From positions 9,218,835 to 9,282,834 of the forward strand of contig NC_068994.1 in the NCBI RefSeq assembly GCF_001194135.2: DNA of 64,000 nt, written 5' to 3'. The notes under the pieces are model-generated. The model ran no database searches. It had not been told where the DNA came from and saw only the letters and a program-made list of their open reading frames with translations. A program made the position numbers and the translations under genes. The stretch's first letter is position 1. Every line of letters begins with the position of its first letter. This document shows positions 26,252 through 39,187 of this stretch, piece after piece. Origin of the DNA: Octopus bimaculoides (taxonomy: Eukaryota).

Positions 26252-27364
26252 GCGGCTGAGAGTGATCGCAGAGTCACTTGAGATGACGTGTTTTGCTCCA
26301 GAAAACGCGGCACCACCCGGTTTAGAAATTGAAATCCCGATCGTGAGTAACGCCGTCTAACCACTAAGACCATGCATCCAGATTCTGTGTGTGTCTGTTT
26401 GTGTGTATAATCGTATAAATATGTGTGAACATAAACTTTCTTTTGAACTAGAAGTAGTTTTAAATAGGAAGTTAGCATTTAACGAGGATACTAGTAAGAT
26501 GTTATTGTCTTGTGGCAATACAACGACATTTTCCAATCGACGGAAACAGTGTAGAAAAATAAACGAATATATATATGTCTTTGAAAAGTAATCCTAATAA
26601 AATCATAATTCACAAAAGCGAAAGACTACGATATGTTAAGATATATTTGTTATGTTTGTCTTAAACAAAAGCAAAGCATTGTGGTTTTGGTTCTAACGTT
26701 GGTTTGAAATTTTAGAATTTATATACAATATGACCTTTAAAACAATATATTTTGTACTTTTAACAATACTAGCTACGCAGTATACATATATATGTATACA
26801 TAATTTCATAAGTTACGTTTCTAAAGAGTAAACAAAAAATTAAGTAGTATATTTATTATATTGATATTTGAAATGATTACAAGAAAGGATTTGATATTTA
26901 AAAGAAAAACGTAGTTTATCTATTTAAGCACTTATAATGAAAACACCGATATCAACGACTAAATGTCATTTGTATATGGTGTACGGTCAATCTGGGAATA
27001 TATATATGTATGTATATACAAAATATTACAACTATAGTTTCATATACAAAATCCAAACTACGTGATTTAATTTCAGCTATCAGAAAATATGTGTAAATCT
27101 AGCGTATTTTTTAAAACACCGTGTTAATCTCAAACTTACTTGTACATCTAAATATATAAAATGTGTAAATATACTTTGAAGAATGTAGCACTAAGTATAC
27201 AAAATCTGCAAAATAAGACATATATGTGGTGGTCACGGTTGGAAATTTTATAATCATAGTCCTACTCTCTCAGAACTTGTAATATATGTCATAGTTGTTA
27301 TAGTTAGGAATTGAAATTACGATCGTGAGAGACGCCATCTAACTGCTAGTACATGCATCGACAC

Positions 27365-27396
<32 letters not shown>

Positions 27397-30300
27397 CGCG
27401 TTTGTGTGAAAAAAGCTACCTGAGATACAAGTCGTGTTTCATCGAAGGCTTCAATAGTCATCTTTTATCGTACTTAATTGAAGCGTAAATATTTTGAATA
27501 GAGTAGTTGTAACTGAGAAACTCGCTAAGGATTGCTTCTCTCACCATCATCAGAGGAGATTGTAGCACTTTATGTTCCAAGTGCGATGGCTGTGAATTCA
27601 AATCTTTACGTTACTGAAAAAAATTATTGCAATAATTATGACAAATTCTAATTTTTCCGTTACAACTGATTATCAGTTTCTTGTATGAATATTTCCTGGT
27701 GAGGTGACAAACTCTGATTTCTAATATATCTTAGAAAATATATTATACTCACAGATTGATAAAATAATCAAAAGAAAGAGTCATCGCAAATAACTTTTTT
27801 TTATGGTTCAGCCTCTTTTTAAGAACCAGCTTAATTAGTCTTACGTTCTTCCTTGGCATTGACTGGATACCATTTACGCAATACATGGGGTGTGCTCTAT
27901 TCGACTGATTAAATTGAAAAGCCAGCATGGCAGTAACCTAATATGTGATAACCTATAAAATAAAAGAAAAGAAAAGAAAATGTCTGATAGGCTTTGCTAT
28001 CAGAGATTAACGTTTTCCTCCCGTTTACTTGTGTTGTTTCTGCTGCTGCTGAGTTTAATTTTGTAGTAGACACACTTTTCATGTTTGATTGTAGACGCAC
28101 TCGTCTTCGTTGATTATAAATGCACCTATATTCACTTCTGACTTTTAGAGCATCGTGGCATTATTAAAGATTCTACAATTAACACTTACTCACTTGATGT
28201 ATTTCCCTGCAAGATTTTCGGAAAGAATCAATAGTTCATTTTGACAAACACACTTCTCAACAGATCAAATATTTAGTTTTACCGCAAGAACGCGTCATGC
28301 CTAACTCGTACACCTTAAACAACAATAAGGCTGACATTTTAAATAATAATATTTATCCATTGGCTGGAGACGTACATAGAAAATAACGCTGCTTCATATA
28401 ATTTAGTCACAGAATGACAGAACGGGGGGCATAAATCAAACATATATCTTCCCCCAAATTCCTTAAATAATTACAACTTTAAAATTCCCAATACATGGCG
28501 GAGACAGTTATCAAAGCGGTTGTATGCCTTCAGAGTTTCGATGGTTAATGTCAGATAGGAGCTATTTATGATGATGCTGGTAAAATTGGAGATGGACATG
28601 ATAATGATATTAACATTGATAATAATGAAAATAATATTAATGATTATTATTTTTATTTGGCGAACACATAACACTGTGGGCTGTCTATAAAATAAAACTC
28701 TGAAAGGCGTTTTATAGGAGAGAACGCTGTTTGACATCCTTAAAAAAATTCCAAATAACTGTGATTAAAAAAATACCGAATAACTGTGATTAAGATATAA
28801 TTACATAAATGAAAAAGAATTGGCCAAAATTTTGAAAGAAAATTGCTGCATTAAAACTATATAAATCTGAGAGACATTACCGCATATAATTGTTGCATTA
28901 GAAATGGTTACATTATTCAGTGGACGCCTACCGTGTGTAAAAATACTATCGAACTGATTGGGCTCCCTCGAATCAAAAAGACAATAAATAATTCGAATAA
29001 AAAGGCATTATTCAGATTGAACCTATTAATAGGAGATTTTGTACGTCAAATCCAATGCACAGAAAATGGAGAAAATCAGACGTACAAAACTCCACATTAC
29101 GACAAGTTTACTTACAAGTAAGCGGCTAAAATTACGACAAACTGAACGAAAGACCAGCTGGTCTTGGCTCTTCATTCTCACAAACAAATCTAAGATACCA
29201 GGACAGAGAGGATAGTACTTTCGTATGCATGCTCTAAACAGACTATACCCTATAAAAAACAGTGCAACAATATATTATGAAATTTTGCGTGAGACAGTGC
29301 GAATGCACTATAACGTAACTGTAATGCAAATCTGTTTCGTATAACTAAACTTTTAGACAAAATATGATATCATTTGCATATAAGCAGATACTCATTTGAC
29401 TTTAAGAGTCAATTTATGATCAGTGACGCCATAGTTGAGTCACGAAGAATAATAAGTCGAAGTCAAGTATCACTAACATATCTACTAAATATCCTTCGGC
29501 AAAATTTTTCACTAACAAAGGAATTCCCGAGAATGCGAATATATATGAAGTATCGGAGATTAAAGGAGGAAAGAAAACATATGAATAAATATTCGAATAA
29601 TGAAACGATTTATTCAGGAATTAGGCGAAAAATATATGCTAGACGAAAAGTATGGTATCGAACATATCTTAAAAACCGAATTGGGTTTTATACGTATCAA
29701 AGTGTCTACGAAAACAATAAAAGCGAATGGCAGGCATTTGGACATGTCTCCTTCCCTGCCTCCCCTCCGTTCATAATAGCTAGACTCATACTTCTACATC
29801 ATAATCCCTCACCAACAGATATTTCAGACAAACATCTCTTGCTTCCTCTTAAAATGCTTTTTTAGAGGTTGTATAGAATTTATCTTCTATCGCTCTGAAT
29901 TTAATACAAAGTGTCATCGTATCATTTTTGCGGGAGAATACTTATGGCTAAAGACGTATTCTCTTTTGTGATACACCGATTTTGTTTTTCTTTCGCTTCA
30001 CAGTTGACTAATGACATTTATTTCTTATCATCTTACAAAGGTCGCATCACAAACTTTGTAACTTGTATTGTTTTTATCATGTTTGACTTATTATCACGTT
30101 TATTTTTAACTTTTACGTGTGTTAAATAATAACTGTCTGTGTTTATGGTTGTGTCTCTTTGTATAATTGACATTCCATTATTCTAATTGTTTTTATCCTT
30201 TTTTGTCTATATAGGTGTTCATTTTGTTTTAAACAGTAGGTGTTAACAGTTTTACGTCTAGCACAAAATCCCACTAGCCCCGAGATAGACGTGTCCAAAG

Positions 30301-30842
30301 CAATAAACAAAATAAAATTTATGTCGGCAAAAATATTTGTACACAATAAAAGTTTTCATAGAAAAATGATAGAAAACTTTCATTATTAGGGACGGAATTA
30401 GAGTGAGCAAAAAAAAAAGAAAAAAAAAGGAACAGAAGTGTGCATTTAGCAATGCAACAACTTCGAGGCGGTTGTTGTTTCCTGCCATTTTCCCCTTTTT
30501 AAACACTGTAGTTATGCGAATGTGGTATTCGTGTCGAATATCACATTTTATCAGGTTTTCAAAAATATGTCTGCTTTAAGTACGGTATACTGTTTCCTGC
30601 TTTGGACGAATATTGTGCTCGTCGCTAATAACGAAATTTTATTCAGTGTAACAGCTAAATACAAAAGGAATAATTTTTCAATCACTGTTTACACATATCA
30701 ATAGCAGCCGATCTTCGCATAGCATTCGGTACCAGTAGGTATTTCTGTGATTTATATCGCGATGAATGCATAAGAGATGCTTTTGCGGGTTGGGCATTCC
30801 GTCCTAACTAGTATTGCTTCCGTATCTAATAAAGTGTGTGTA

Positions 30843-30896
<54 letters not shown>

Positions 30897-32484
30897 CAAA
30901 TCATTTACAGCTATTTCTGCTATAAGATGAAATCCTCAGTTTGTACAATGATTGTGTATCATCTTACAGATTCGTCATAACATATATACACAAGTAATAT
31001 GCATGGCGCGCGTGTGCATATCACAATATCATTCGTACCATTAGTAAAACATGTTGTTGTTCACATCGTATTTTGTGCCTGCAGAGTTGTAGACAAATTT
31101 TTTTTTTTTTATCTCCATCACCATTATCATCATCTTTATTAATATTGATCCTGAAATTTTCAGTTATGTTTCTTTGACTGAGAGAGGAACGGATATTTAT
31201 ATGAAGGCTACGCATAATGCATACACATTATCAATTCATTAAGTTATCAATTTTGTATGCTCAAATTTTATACGGAAACATTTGGAATTCTCCGAACTTA
31301 CCCCATAATCTTGGGCAAAAGTAAATCTGAGATTTACATTATTAGAACTACTTGATAGACATGTACAGCAATTTTAAACTTCTGAATTGACTTCTGCTGA
31401 TGTATTAGGAACTAGTGTTTGCTACAGTCATTGCTGTAATTTTAGCGACAGTTACGACAGATGAACGCTCCCATTTTTATTTTAGTTAGACGATCGGAAT
31501 TCAAAAAGACAGATAAAAACTATCATTCATACAGATAGGAATGACTCACTTTAATAAAAAATCGTGGGGACAACGACGACGTCACGATAAAAAACAACAC
31601 TGCTCAATAATTTTTATATTATTGTATAAAAAGCAGTATATACCAGTTGGGCAAATAAAAGGACGAGAAAACATGGCCATTTCTAAAACATCTTTATCCG
31701 ATGAATTATTCACTAGAAACAACGAAGAGAAATTCCATATTCATCTGTATTTCAAAAGACGGGTTTAATTCCATAAGATTCCAATATGTTAAAATTAGTA
31801 GTGGCTTATCTGTGTTAGGGTGTACCGATTCAAGTATCTGGACAATGCAGGCGAACGAATTTCTTCTGGAGTTATGAGAACGGGGCCGAACCGGAAACAA
31901 GAGCATCTGCACTGTCACACACCTTCTTACACACTTGTAACAACAATGAATTTGAGGATCAAGTTTGTTGATGTCGGTTCTTAACTCAACTTAAACGTGC
32001 GCAACAATACGGATATGTGTGGATGTATTTTTAATGATATTTCCCCGGGTACAATCTCTAAATACATTTAAATCCTAATGCTCACCGGGGAAAATGCCAA
32101 TTCTCCGATGAGGGAGCACACAGTCGTGGATTACAGAGGATTATTTAAAATAGTAATGTAATACAAAAACCCTTGTATTATGCTTGTATTAGGAAATGAC
32201 ATTAATTATTTACTTTCTGTTCACATGTGTGGTGAGGAACAGCTGATTTGCTGTGAGACCGGCTTAGCCCGACGAGCTAAGGAGAGCACACTAACGGCAA
32301 AAAAGAAATGATAATAATCATAATAATAATAATAATAATAATAATAATTATCATGATCATCTCATCTACTTCTGTGCAATGATAAGGAAGGGGATAGCAA
32401 CTTGCGTAATGTTGGAATACTTTAACAAAATATGAATTTCAAATATGAACTAAAATAGACTCAACATAATATTCCAAGATTTGA

Positions 32485-32627
32485 TGAAGAAAAAGAAGAA
32501 GAAGAAGGAGAAGAAGAAGAAGAAGAAGAAGAAGAAGAAGAAGAAGAAGAAGAAGAAGAAGAAGAAGAAGAAGAAGAAGAAGAAGAAGAAGAAGAAGAAG
32601 AAGAAGAAGAAGAAGAAGAAGAAGAAG
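32485..32627. repeat. Long (GAA)n microsatellite
   Basis: Read directly; explains the poly-K and poly-F ORFs. Confidence 0.95.
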
Positions 32628-34203
32628 ATAGCAAATATGATGTTTACTATAGATAAAAATGATAAGGTTTTAGTCATAAAATCATGAATGGCTTATGTAA
32701 AGCTTTTGGCAATATGGAGGGGGGGGGGTGAGGGTCAGAGCTGTGCGTATATAAACGAGCGCACGAACAAACCAAATGTGAATTTTGTGGATTTTGCTTA
32801 GAAACAATTAGACAATGAAGTAGAATTTTATAGCGAAATTAGAGAAAGGGCAAAGTAGGTAAATAAAAATGAATTCCACGATCAGATGTGACTGAGACAC
32901 AAAGACATGCAGAACAGATAGAAGGATAGTAATATATAGACAGCAATCGTAAATGTAACATTTCGGATTCAAATACTATAGATAACCTTGATGTTGAGAT
33001 TCTAATAACGAAACACTGAATGGTTTAACCAATCACGTACTGGTCACCATTCACTGCCACTTCTATTAAACACACTTACCTTAATTACACATTAGTATTA
33101 ATCAATTTACAGTTCTCCAGTATGTGTTTATCTGTAATATATTAAATTATACTGATTTTTACATTTGTTTTGATGAGACCATTTTGCTTTTAATTGTAGC
33201 GTTTTTTAATACTATTTTTGCATTAATAATCTGTCTGTGATGCATCATATTTTTTTACAGGGTCTCCAAGAAAGAAACTTGTTTTATAATTCCTTTATAT
33301 TTTTTAGTTAGCATACTGGCATTAACATCGTGTCTATAATAGACTTTGAAAACAATTCTTAATTTTAAAAGAAGGAAGAAAAAAAGCAGGCCATGGATAA
33401 TAGGTATACCAAAATAAGATGTAAATAAAGAGGTAAATTTCTTGCGTTCATCGATTAAATAAGTTCAGTTAGTAACTCGATTACACAACTGACATTACCA
33501 GCATTGCTTATGTAGCCATCGGAAATTATTCACATTTACTTTTTTTTTATTATTGAATTCTGATTTTTTTCCATCGTGTATATTCGATTCTCTTTATCTC
33601 CAGCAATAGTCTCCAAAATCTGTTTTTGCATGTCTTACCAATCAATGGATACTTTCAAACATAGTATTGAACACTTATTTTTAAATTTCTAGTAATTCCG
33701 ATTTGTCAATGTTGTCTATATATATANNNNNNNNNNNNNNNNNNNNNNNNNNNNNNNNNNNNNNNNNNNNNNNNNNNNNNNNNNNNNNNNNNNNNNNNNN
33801 NNNNNNNNNNNNNNNNNNNNNNNNNNNNNNNNNNNNNNNNNNNNNNNNNNNNNNNNNNNNNNNNNNNNNNNNNNNNNNNNNNNNNNNNNNNNNNNNNNNN
33901 NNNNNNNNNNNNNNNNNNNNNNNNNNNNNNNNNNNNNNNNNNNNNNNNNNNNNNNNNNNNNNNNNNNNNNNNNNNNNNNNNNNNNNNNNNNNNNNNNNNN
34001 NNNNNNNNNNNNNNNNNNNNNNNNNNNNNNNNNNNNNNNNNNNNNNNNNNNNNNNNNNNNNNNNNNNNNNNNNNNNNNNNNNNNNNNNNNNNNNNNNNNN
34101 NNNNNNNNNNNNNNNNNNNNNNNNNNNNNNNNNNNNNNNNNNNNNNNNNNNNNNNNNNNNNNNNNNNNNNNNNNNNNNNNNNNNNNNNNNNNNNNNNNNN
34201 NNN

Positions 34204-34235
<32 letters not shown>

Positions 34236-34929
34236 GCATACATACCAGCACACGTATGGACACAAATGAACTGAAAATCATTTTATTATTCTTTTATTCT
34301 TCCTACATACGTTGTATCAATCCTCTAGGCACAGAGACGCTAGTAAGTACATGAAAATGCAGATATATACATCGATCCATGTATATACGCTATTATATGC
34401 ATGTATAATCATGTATATACCTCGTATGCGTCTGCATACACGTGTATATTTGTATGTGTTCTGTGGCACTACGTGTAAGAAATACACCTATTAATGATTT
34501 TTTTTACTCAGGAAATTTATAGGGCTGTAAAACCAATAAGAAAATCTCTATAGAAAGAATTTAATCTAATTACGGGAATTGATCTGCCTCAGACATTTTT
34601 TAACCGCGTGATAGCTCACAAAGTGTACCACCTCATATTTTTAACAGTGTGCCACCTTCTTTATCATGGACCACCTCACACGCACACATCTGCACGTATT
34701 TATAGACATGTCTTTAGAAAAATAATAAAACAGTAACAACAGTGTAGAAAATAATCGTTTAATTATGTTCTACGTGGTATACTATTATCTGGCTAAAACA
34801 CGAATTAACAAACAGACCTCTCCTAAAACGCACCCTGAACAGAAAAAAAAAGCAGAAAGAAAACAGGGGCTCAGGCAAGGACTGTTTATGGTGTCAATGT
34901 TAATAAAATTGGAACAACATTTAGGTAGA

Positions 34930-35420
34930 GTGCTGGCAGATTAGTTACCCCGACGAGGAAACCTTTTAGCGGTAAGTCATACGTTTTTGCGCTCCGAGTT
35001 CAATTAACTTTGCATTTCATAGAAACAGTTGAGCATCGGATTCGATATGATCGATTCATCCCTTACCCAGAAATTCCTGCATTTGTCCCAAAATCTTAAA
35101 CTAATATTAATATAATTTGAAAAAATACTTAGCTGGTGAACTGGCAATATCGTTAGCACGCCGGGCAAAATGCATAGCGATATTTGTCCATCTTTACGCT
35201 TTGAGATAAAATTTCGCCTAGGTCGACTTTACCTTTCATCTTTTTCGGGTCGATAAATTAAGTATCGTTTGAGTGCTTGGGTCTTATTGAGGTGCGTGGG
35301 TTAGGGTGCTGAACTTATGATCGTAAGATTGTGGTTTCGATTCCCGGACCAGGTTGACACGTTGTTTTCTTAAGCAAGACATTTTATTTCACGTTGCGTT
35401 CCATTTAGGTGGGGGATTTA
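34930..35420 (+). mobile_element. Three adjacent SINE pieces: two family B copies (about 34930-35095 and 35130-35285) and a tRNA-like head (35290-35420)
   Basis: GGTGAACTGGCAATATCGTTAGCACGCCGGGC..AGGTCGACTTTACCTTTCATC; then GGTTAGGGTGCTGAAC..GGTTTCGATTCCCGGACC..TTCTTAAGCAAGACATTTTATTTCACGTTG. Confidence 0.65.
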
Positions 35421-35843
35421 TACGCCACGGAAACCTTATTTGTCGGTATGTCTCGAGAAGGTAAATGAACCTCTTAATTTTTTTAATACTGGGGCTCATG
35501 TTATTAACTTAGCTCCAACCCTGAAATTGTTGGCTTTGTGTGGATATATATATANNNNNNNNNNNNNNNNNNNNNNNNNNNNNNNNNNNNNNNNNNNNNN
35601 NNNNNNNNNNNNNNNNNNNNNNNNNNNNNNNNNNNNNNNNNNNNNNNNNNNNNNNNNNNNNNNNNNNNNNNNNNNNNNNNNNNNNNNNNNNNNNNNNNNN
35701 NNNNNNNNNNNNNNNNNNNNNNNNNNNNNNNNNNNNNNNNNNNNNNNNNNNNNNNNNNNNNNNNNNNNNNNNNNNNNNNNNNNNNNNNNNNNNNNNNNNN
35801 NNNNNNNNNNNNNNNNNNNNNNNNNNNNNNNNNNNNNNNNNNN

Positions 35844-35958
35844 ATATGGGAGAATATACAAAAAATAACAACAGACGAGGACAGGTGGTGTAAATAACAA
35901 AAGTATATATTAGTATGACGCTCGGGAATACGGAAAGTCTTTGACGTTTCGAGCTACG
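35844..35958. mobile_element. Repeat fragment ending in a truncated hammerhead-like half; possible Penelope-like LTR remnant
   Basis: Minus strand reads CGTAGCTC-GAAAC-GUC-AAAG at 35958-35939 (palindromic ACGU stem III), but CUGANGA is missing because low-complexity DNA follows. Confidence 0.35.
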
Positions 35959-37214
35959 TACATGCATATATATATGCATGTACATATACATATGTGTATA
36001 TATATATTTATACATACATATATATATATATTTATACATACATATATATATATATATACATACATACATATATATATTTATACATACATATATATATATT
36101 TATACATACATGTATATATATATACAAACACTCACATATACATACACACATACACACACATACACACAGACACACATATATATACACGTCTCTGTTGTAG
36201 ATTATTCTTTATAAATAGAGTAATTGCGTTTAGTAATTTAGTATCTCGCCTTATATAGGCAGAAGAATGTATCACATTCACTTCGAGCAATATTACTTAA
36301 ACATTTTAATGAAAGAAGAAAGGAAAAAAAAAACATGAAGGGAAAACTTGATAAAAAGATTGAGATGAAAAATTTATTTTATTTAATGTTCAGTAAACAT
36401 TTATTTCTCATGACGAGACATATTGCTTCAGGTCAGGGAAATGGTCGGACTACACTGCCGCGCAATAAACTACTAGACGACTTTGAAAATGGACTTTTCA
36501 AAAGATTAGAAAGCTGATGCTGATATCTTTAGAGCGCTTATAAATTTCTATGAGTACTTCTGAAGTATCTAAAATGCTTCTTGGAAAATGTTTGTACATG
36601 TCTGAAGAAAATATATTGCTATGAAATTGGAAATTTCCCATGATTTATGGTTGTTTTCAATCTCGTTAGATATACATTCTGAAAGCAGACACTAATTCTG
36701 AATTACTAAAAACACTCATGCATCACCTAATGAATTTAAAGTCGATTATCTTTAGGACCCCGTAAACTCCATATAACATTAAACTGACATAAAGATAATG
36801 TTTCTGTGAGCCCCACATTTAGGTATGATGATCCATTAAAAAGATAAGTAATATAACATGTAGAAAATTTCCACGTGATTATCTTGAAAACTTTGGCTTC
36901 CTTTCATTCACATTATGTTCTGAGTTCAAATTTTGCCGGCGTCAAGTTTGTCTGTCACCATTTTGCATTCATGACAATGGCTTTTATACACTTGTGTCTT
37001 GGATATGAGTTTCTGCCTCGTAACATATCTTAGAGTATAACACGGTCATCTTCTGAGAAAAAAGCGAGCAAGTATCCGAGGGTATATTAAATAGAAAAAG
37101 TAGAACACTTAAACGGAAAGCAGATGAGACCTGTGTCACTTTCAGTCGATAGAATGGGATTTAACAATGGTTGTTGTAGTTATTTCGTCGGGAAAATAGA
37201 TCGCAATCAATGTG

Positions 37215-37530
37215 ACGGTTTAGTAGTCAAGCGTATTCGACTCGCGAACGGATTTTGATTTCGATTTCTCGAGTGCGTTGTGTTTATGAGCAAGAAGCTA
37301 TTTTCCCGTTGCTCCAGTTCACTCAACTAGCAAACATATTTTGTGCCTGTAATTAAAAGAGCAGTTTTATCATAGTGTGTATCACGCTGAATCTCCCTGG
37401 GGATTATGTGAAAGTCACGCGTATCTTTGGCATTTTCAACTACTTGAACATCAATTTCACGACCAGCCTGCTCCTTTAGTCGAATGGCCTACAATACTCG
37501 GCGTAGTAAACCGACAGAGTGCTCAGTTTA
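37215..37530 (+). mobile_element. Degenerate tRNA-derived SINE (D-related head, different body)
   Basis: Head GGTTTAGTAGTCAAGCGTATTCGACTCGCG..TTTCGATTTC..GCGTTGTG..GAGCAAG..GTTGCTCCAGTTCACTCA, then body TCACGCTGAATCTCCCTG..AATTTCACGACCAGCCTG. Confidence 0.55.
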
Positions 37531-39124
37531 CAACCGACAGGAATCTGACTCAAGTGTCCCGAGCTTCGCCTGCTGAAACGCATGAGACCTTCTGAAATGG
37601 AGAAAAACCTTTGATTTTTATATTTAAATATTTTGACTATAAGTTCCAAGCGAAACTTAATATAGATATTAAAAAAAGAATGTTTAGACGTAACACTACA
37701 TTTGTCCACCAACATGCATACGTTCATCCCATAAAACCAACTTCGAAACCATTTACATTAGTAAACATTCCAAACCAACTCAGAATGTATTCAGACACGT
37801 AATGGATAACGTAATTTTGTATATAACCTGCTTGCCCTTACATTGGCAATTTTCAACCGAGTAGCTTCACTCTATTATCATAGCACACTTAAAAGGAGTG
37901 ATTTTAGCTTTACTATTAGGAACATCCAATGCAATAATCTAAATCTGTCCACCAACATAGCTTCGGATTTGTTATTCCTAAATGTAAGTATTTCTCCATT
38001 TCGGCACAGATTAAGTAAACATTTCAATAACAATGCAGTTACGTTTAGTTGCGGTTAACTCAGAATTATAAGGATGGAGATTCTAAGCCGAAATAATATA
38101 ATTATATGTAGTACGTATACACAATTGTGTGTAGTTGGCAGTTTGATTCAAGGGTTGTATGTATACCAATGTGTCCGACCGTGAGTGTGCGTTAGGTCGC
38201 TTGCACATGTGTGTAAATGTATGTTAGCGATGCATCAGTTCATTGAAGGCCAATCGTATCACTTTCTTTCTGTGCAACCTCATAAACATACCCCTATCAA
38301 TTTATACGATTGCTGGACCCCGATCTGCTTTACTGAATTGTTTCTCTTTCTTTGTTTCCTCCGTATTAGTCACCTTTTTCCTTTCTCTTTATCGCTGCTT
38401 TACTCTTTAGCCTTTTTCCTTTCCCTATATTTTCCCTTGTCTCCTTATTAAAATATCATGGATACATATATACGTAAACATACACACATGCAAGCACATA
38501 CACAGGTGTGCTTGCATGTATGTATGCAGGAATATATGTATGTGTGTATGTATATATGTGTTTATGTCTGTAAAATTTCCTAGAGAGAGGAAAGATAAAC
38601 AGAAAAACATTATTGTTTGTTACTCCCTCCCCTCTCCCAACATTAGGAAAGCGAACATTTATTATGATGTCTACCGTGCGCCAAAAGATAAACAACGTTT
38701 TCTAAAACAACTGGAGCTCTTCTCTGTTTTTTTTGTTATTAGTATTACAATTGTAAGGATGCATAATTTTCTTTCAAATGCATGGACATAGAATATGGTC
38801 CTACCTGAGTGATTTCAATTTCATTTGATTCTCATTTGACATAGAATAACATTGGGGCTACTAATGGAAGAAATATGGAGCCATAAAGTCAAGTCGATAA
38901 ATGTGGTACGTCTGCTCAACCAATTAGTTCGATTTGCATAAATAGCGGTCTGGTGTTGTTGATTTATTCAAATTGATTTAATTACTTAATAATGCAGAAA
39001 GTAATCAAATGGTATTAATTTTCACCTTATACATATGTATGTGTGTACGCGTGTCTGTATGTCTGTATGTGTATGTATATGTATGTATGTATGTATGTAT
39101 GTATATATGTATGTATACTTACAT

Positions 39125-39187
<63 letters not shown>

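Noticed and set aside
29150-29165. Perfect 16-bp palindrome AAGACCAGCTGGTCTT
   Set aside because: About one such palindrome is expected by chance in a window this size.
31818-32312. Protein-like peptides VYRFKYLDNAGERISSG...HLHCHTP and MCGEEQLICCETGLARRAKESTLTAKKK*
   Set aside because: Several frames are open over the same stretch, there is no convincing splice pair, and no family is recognised.
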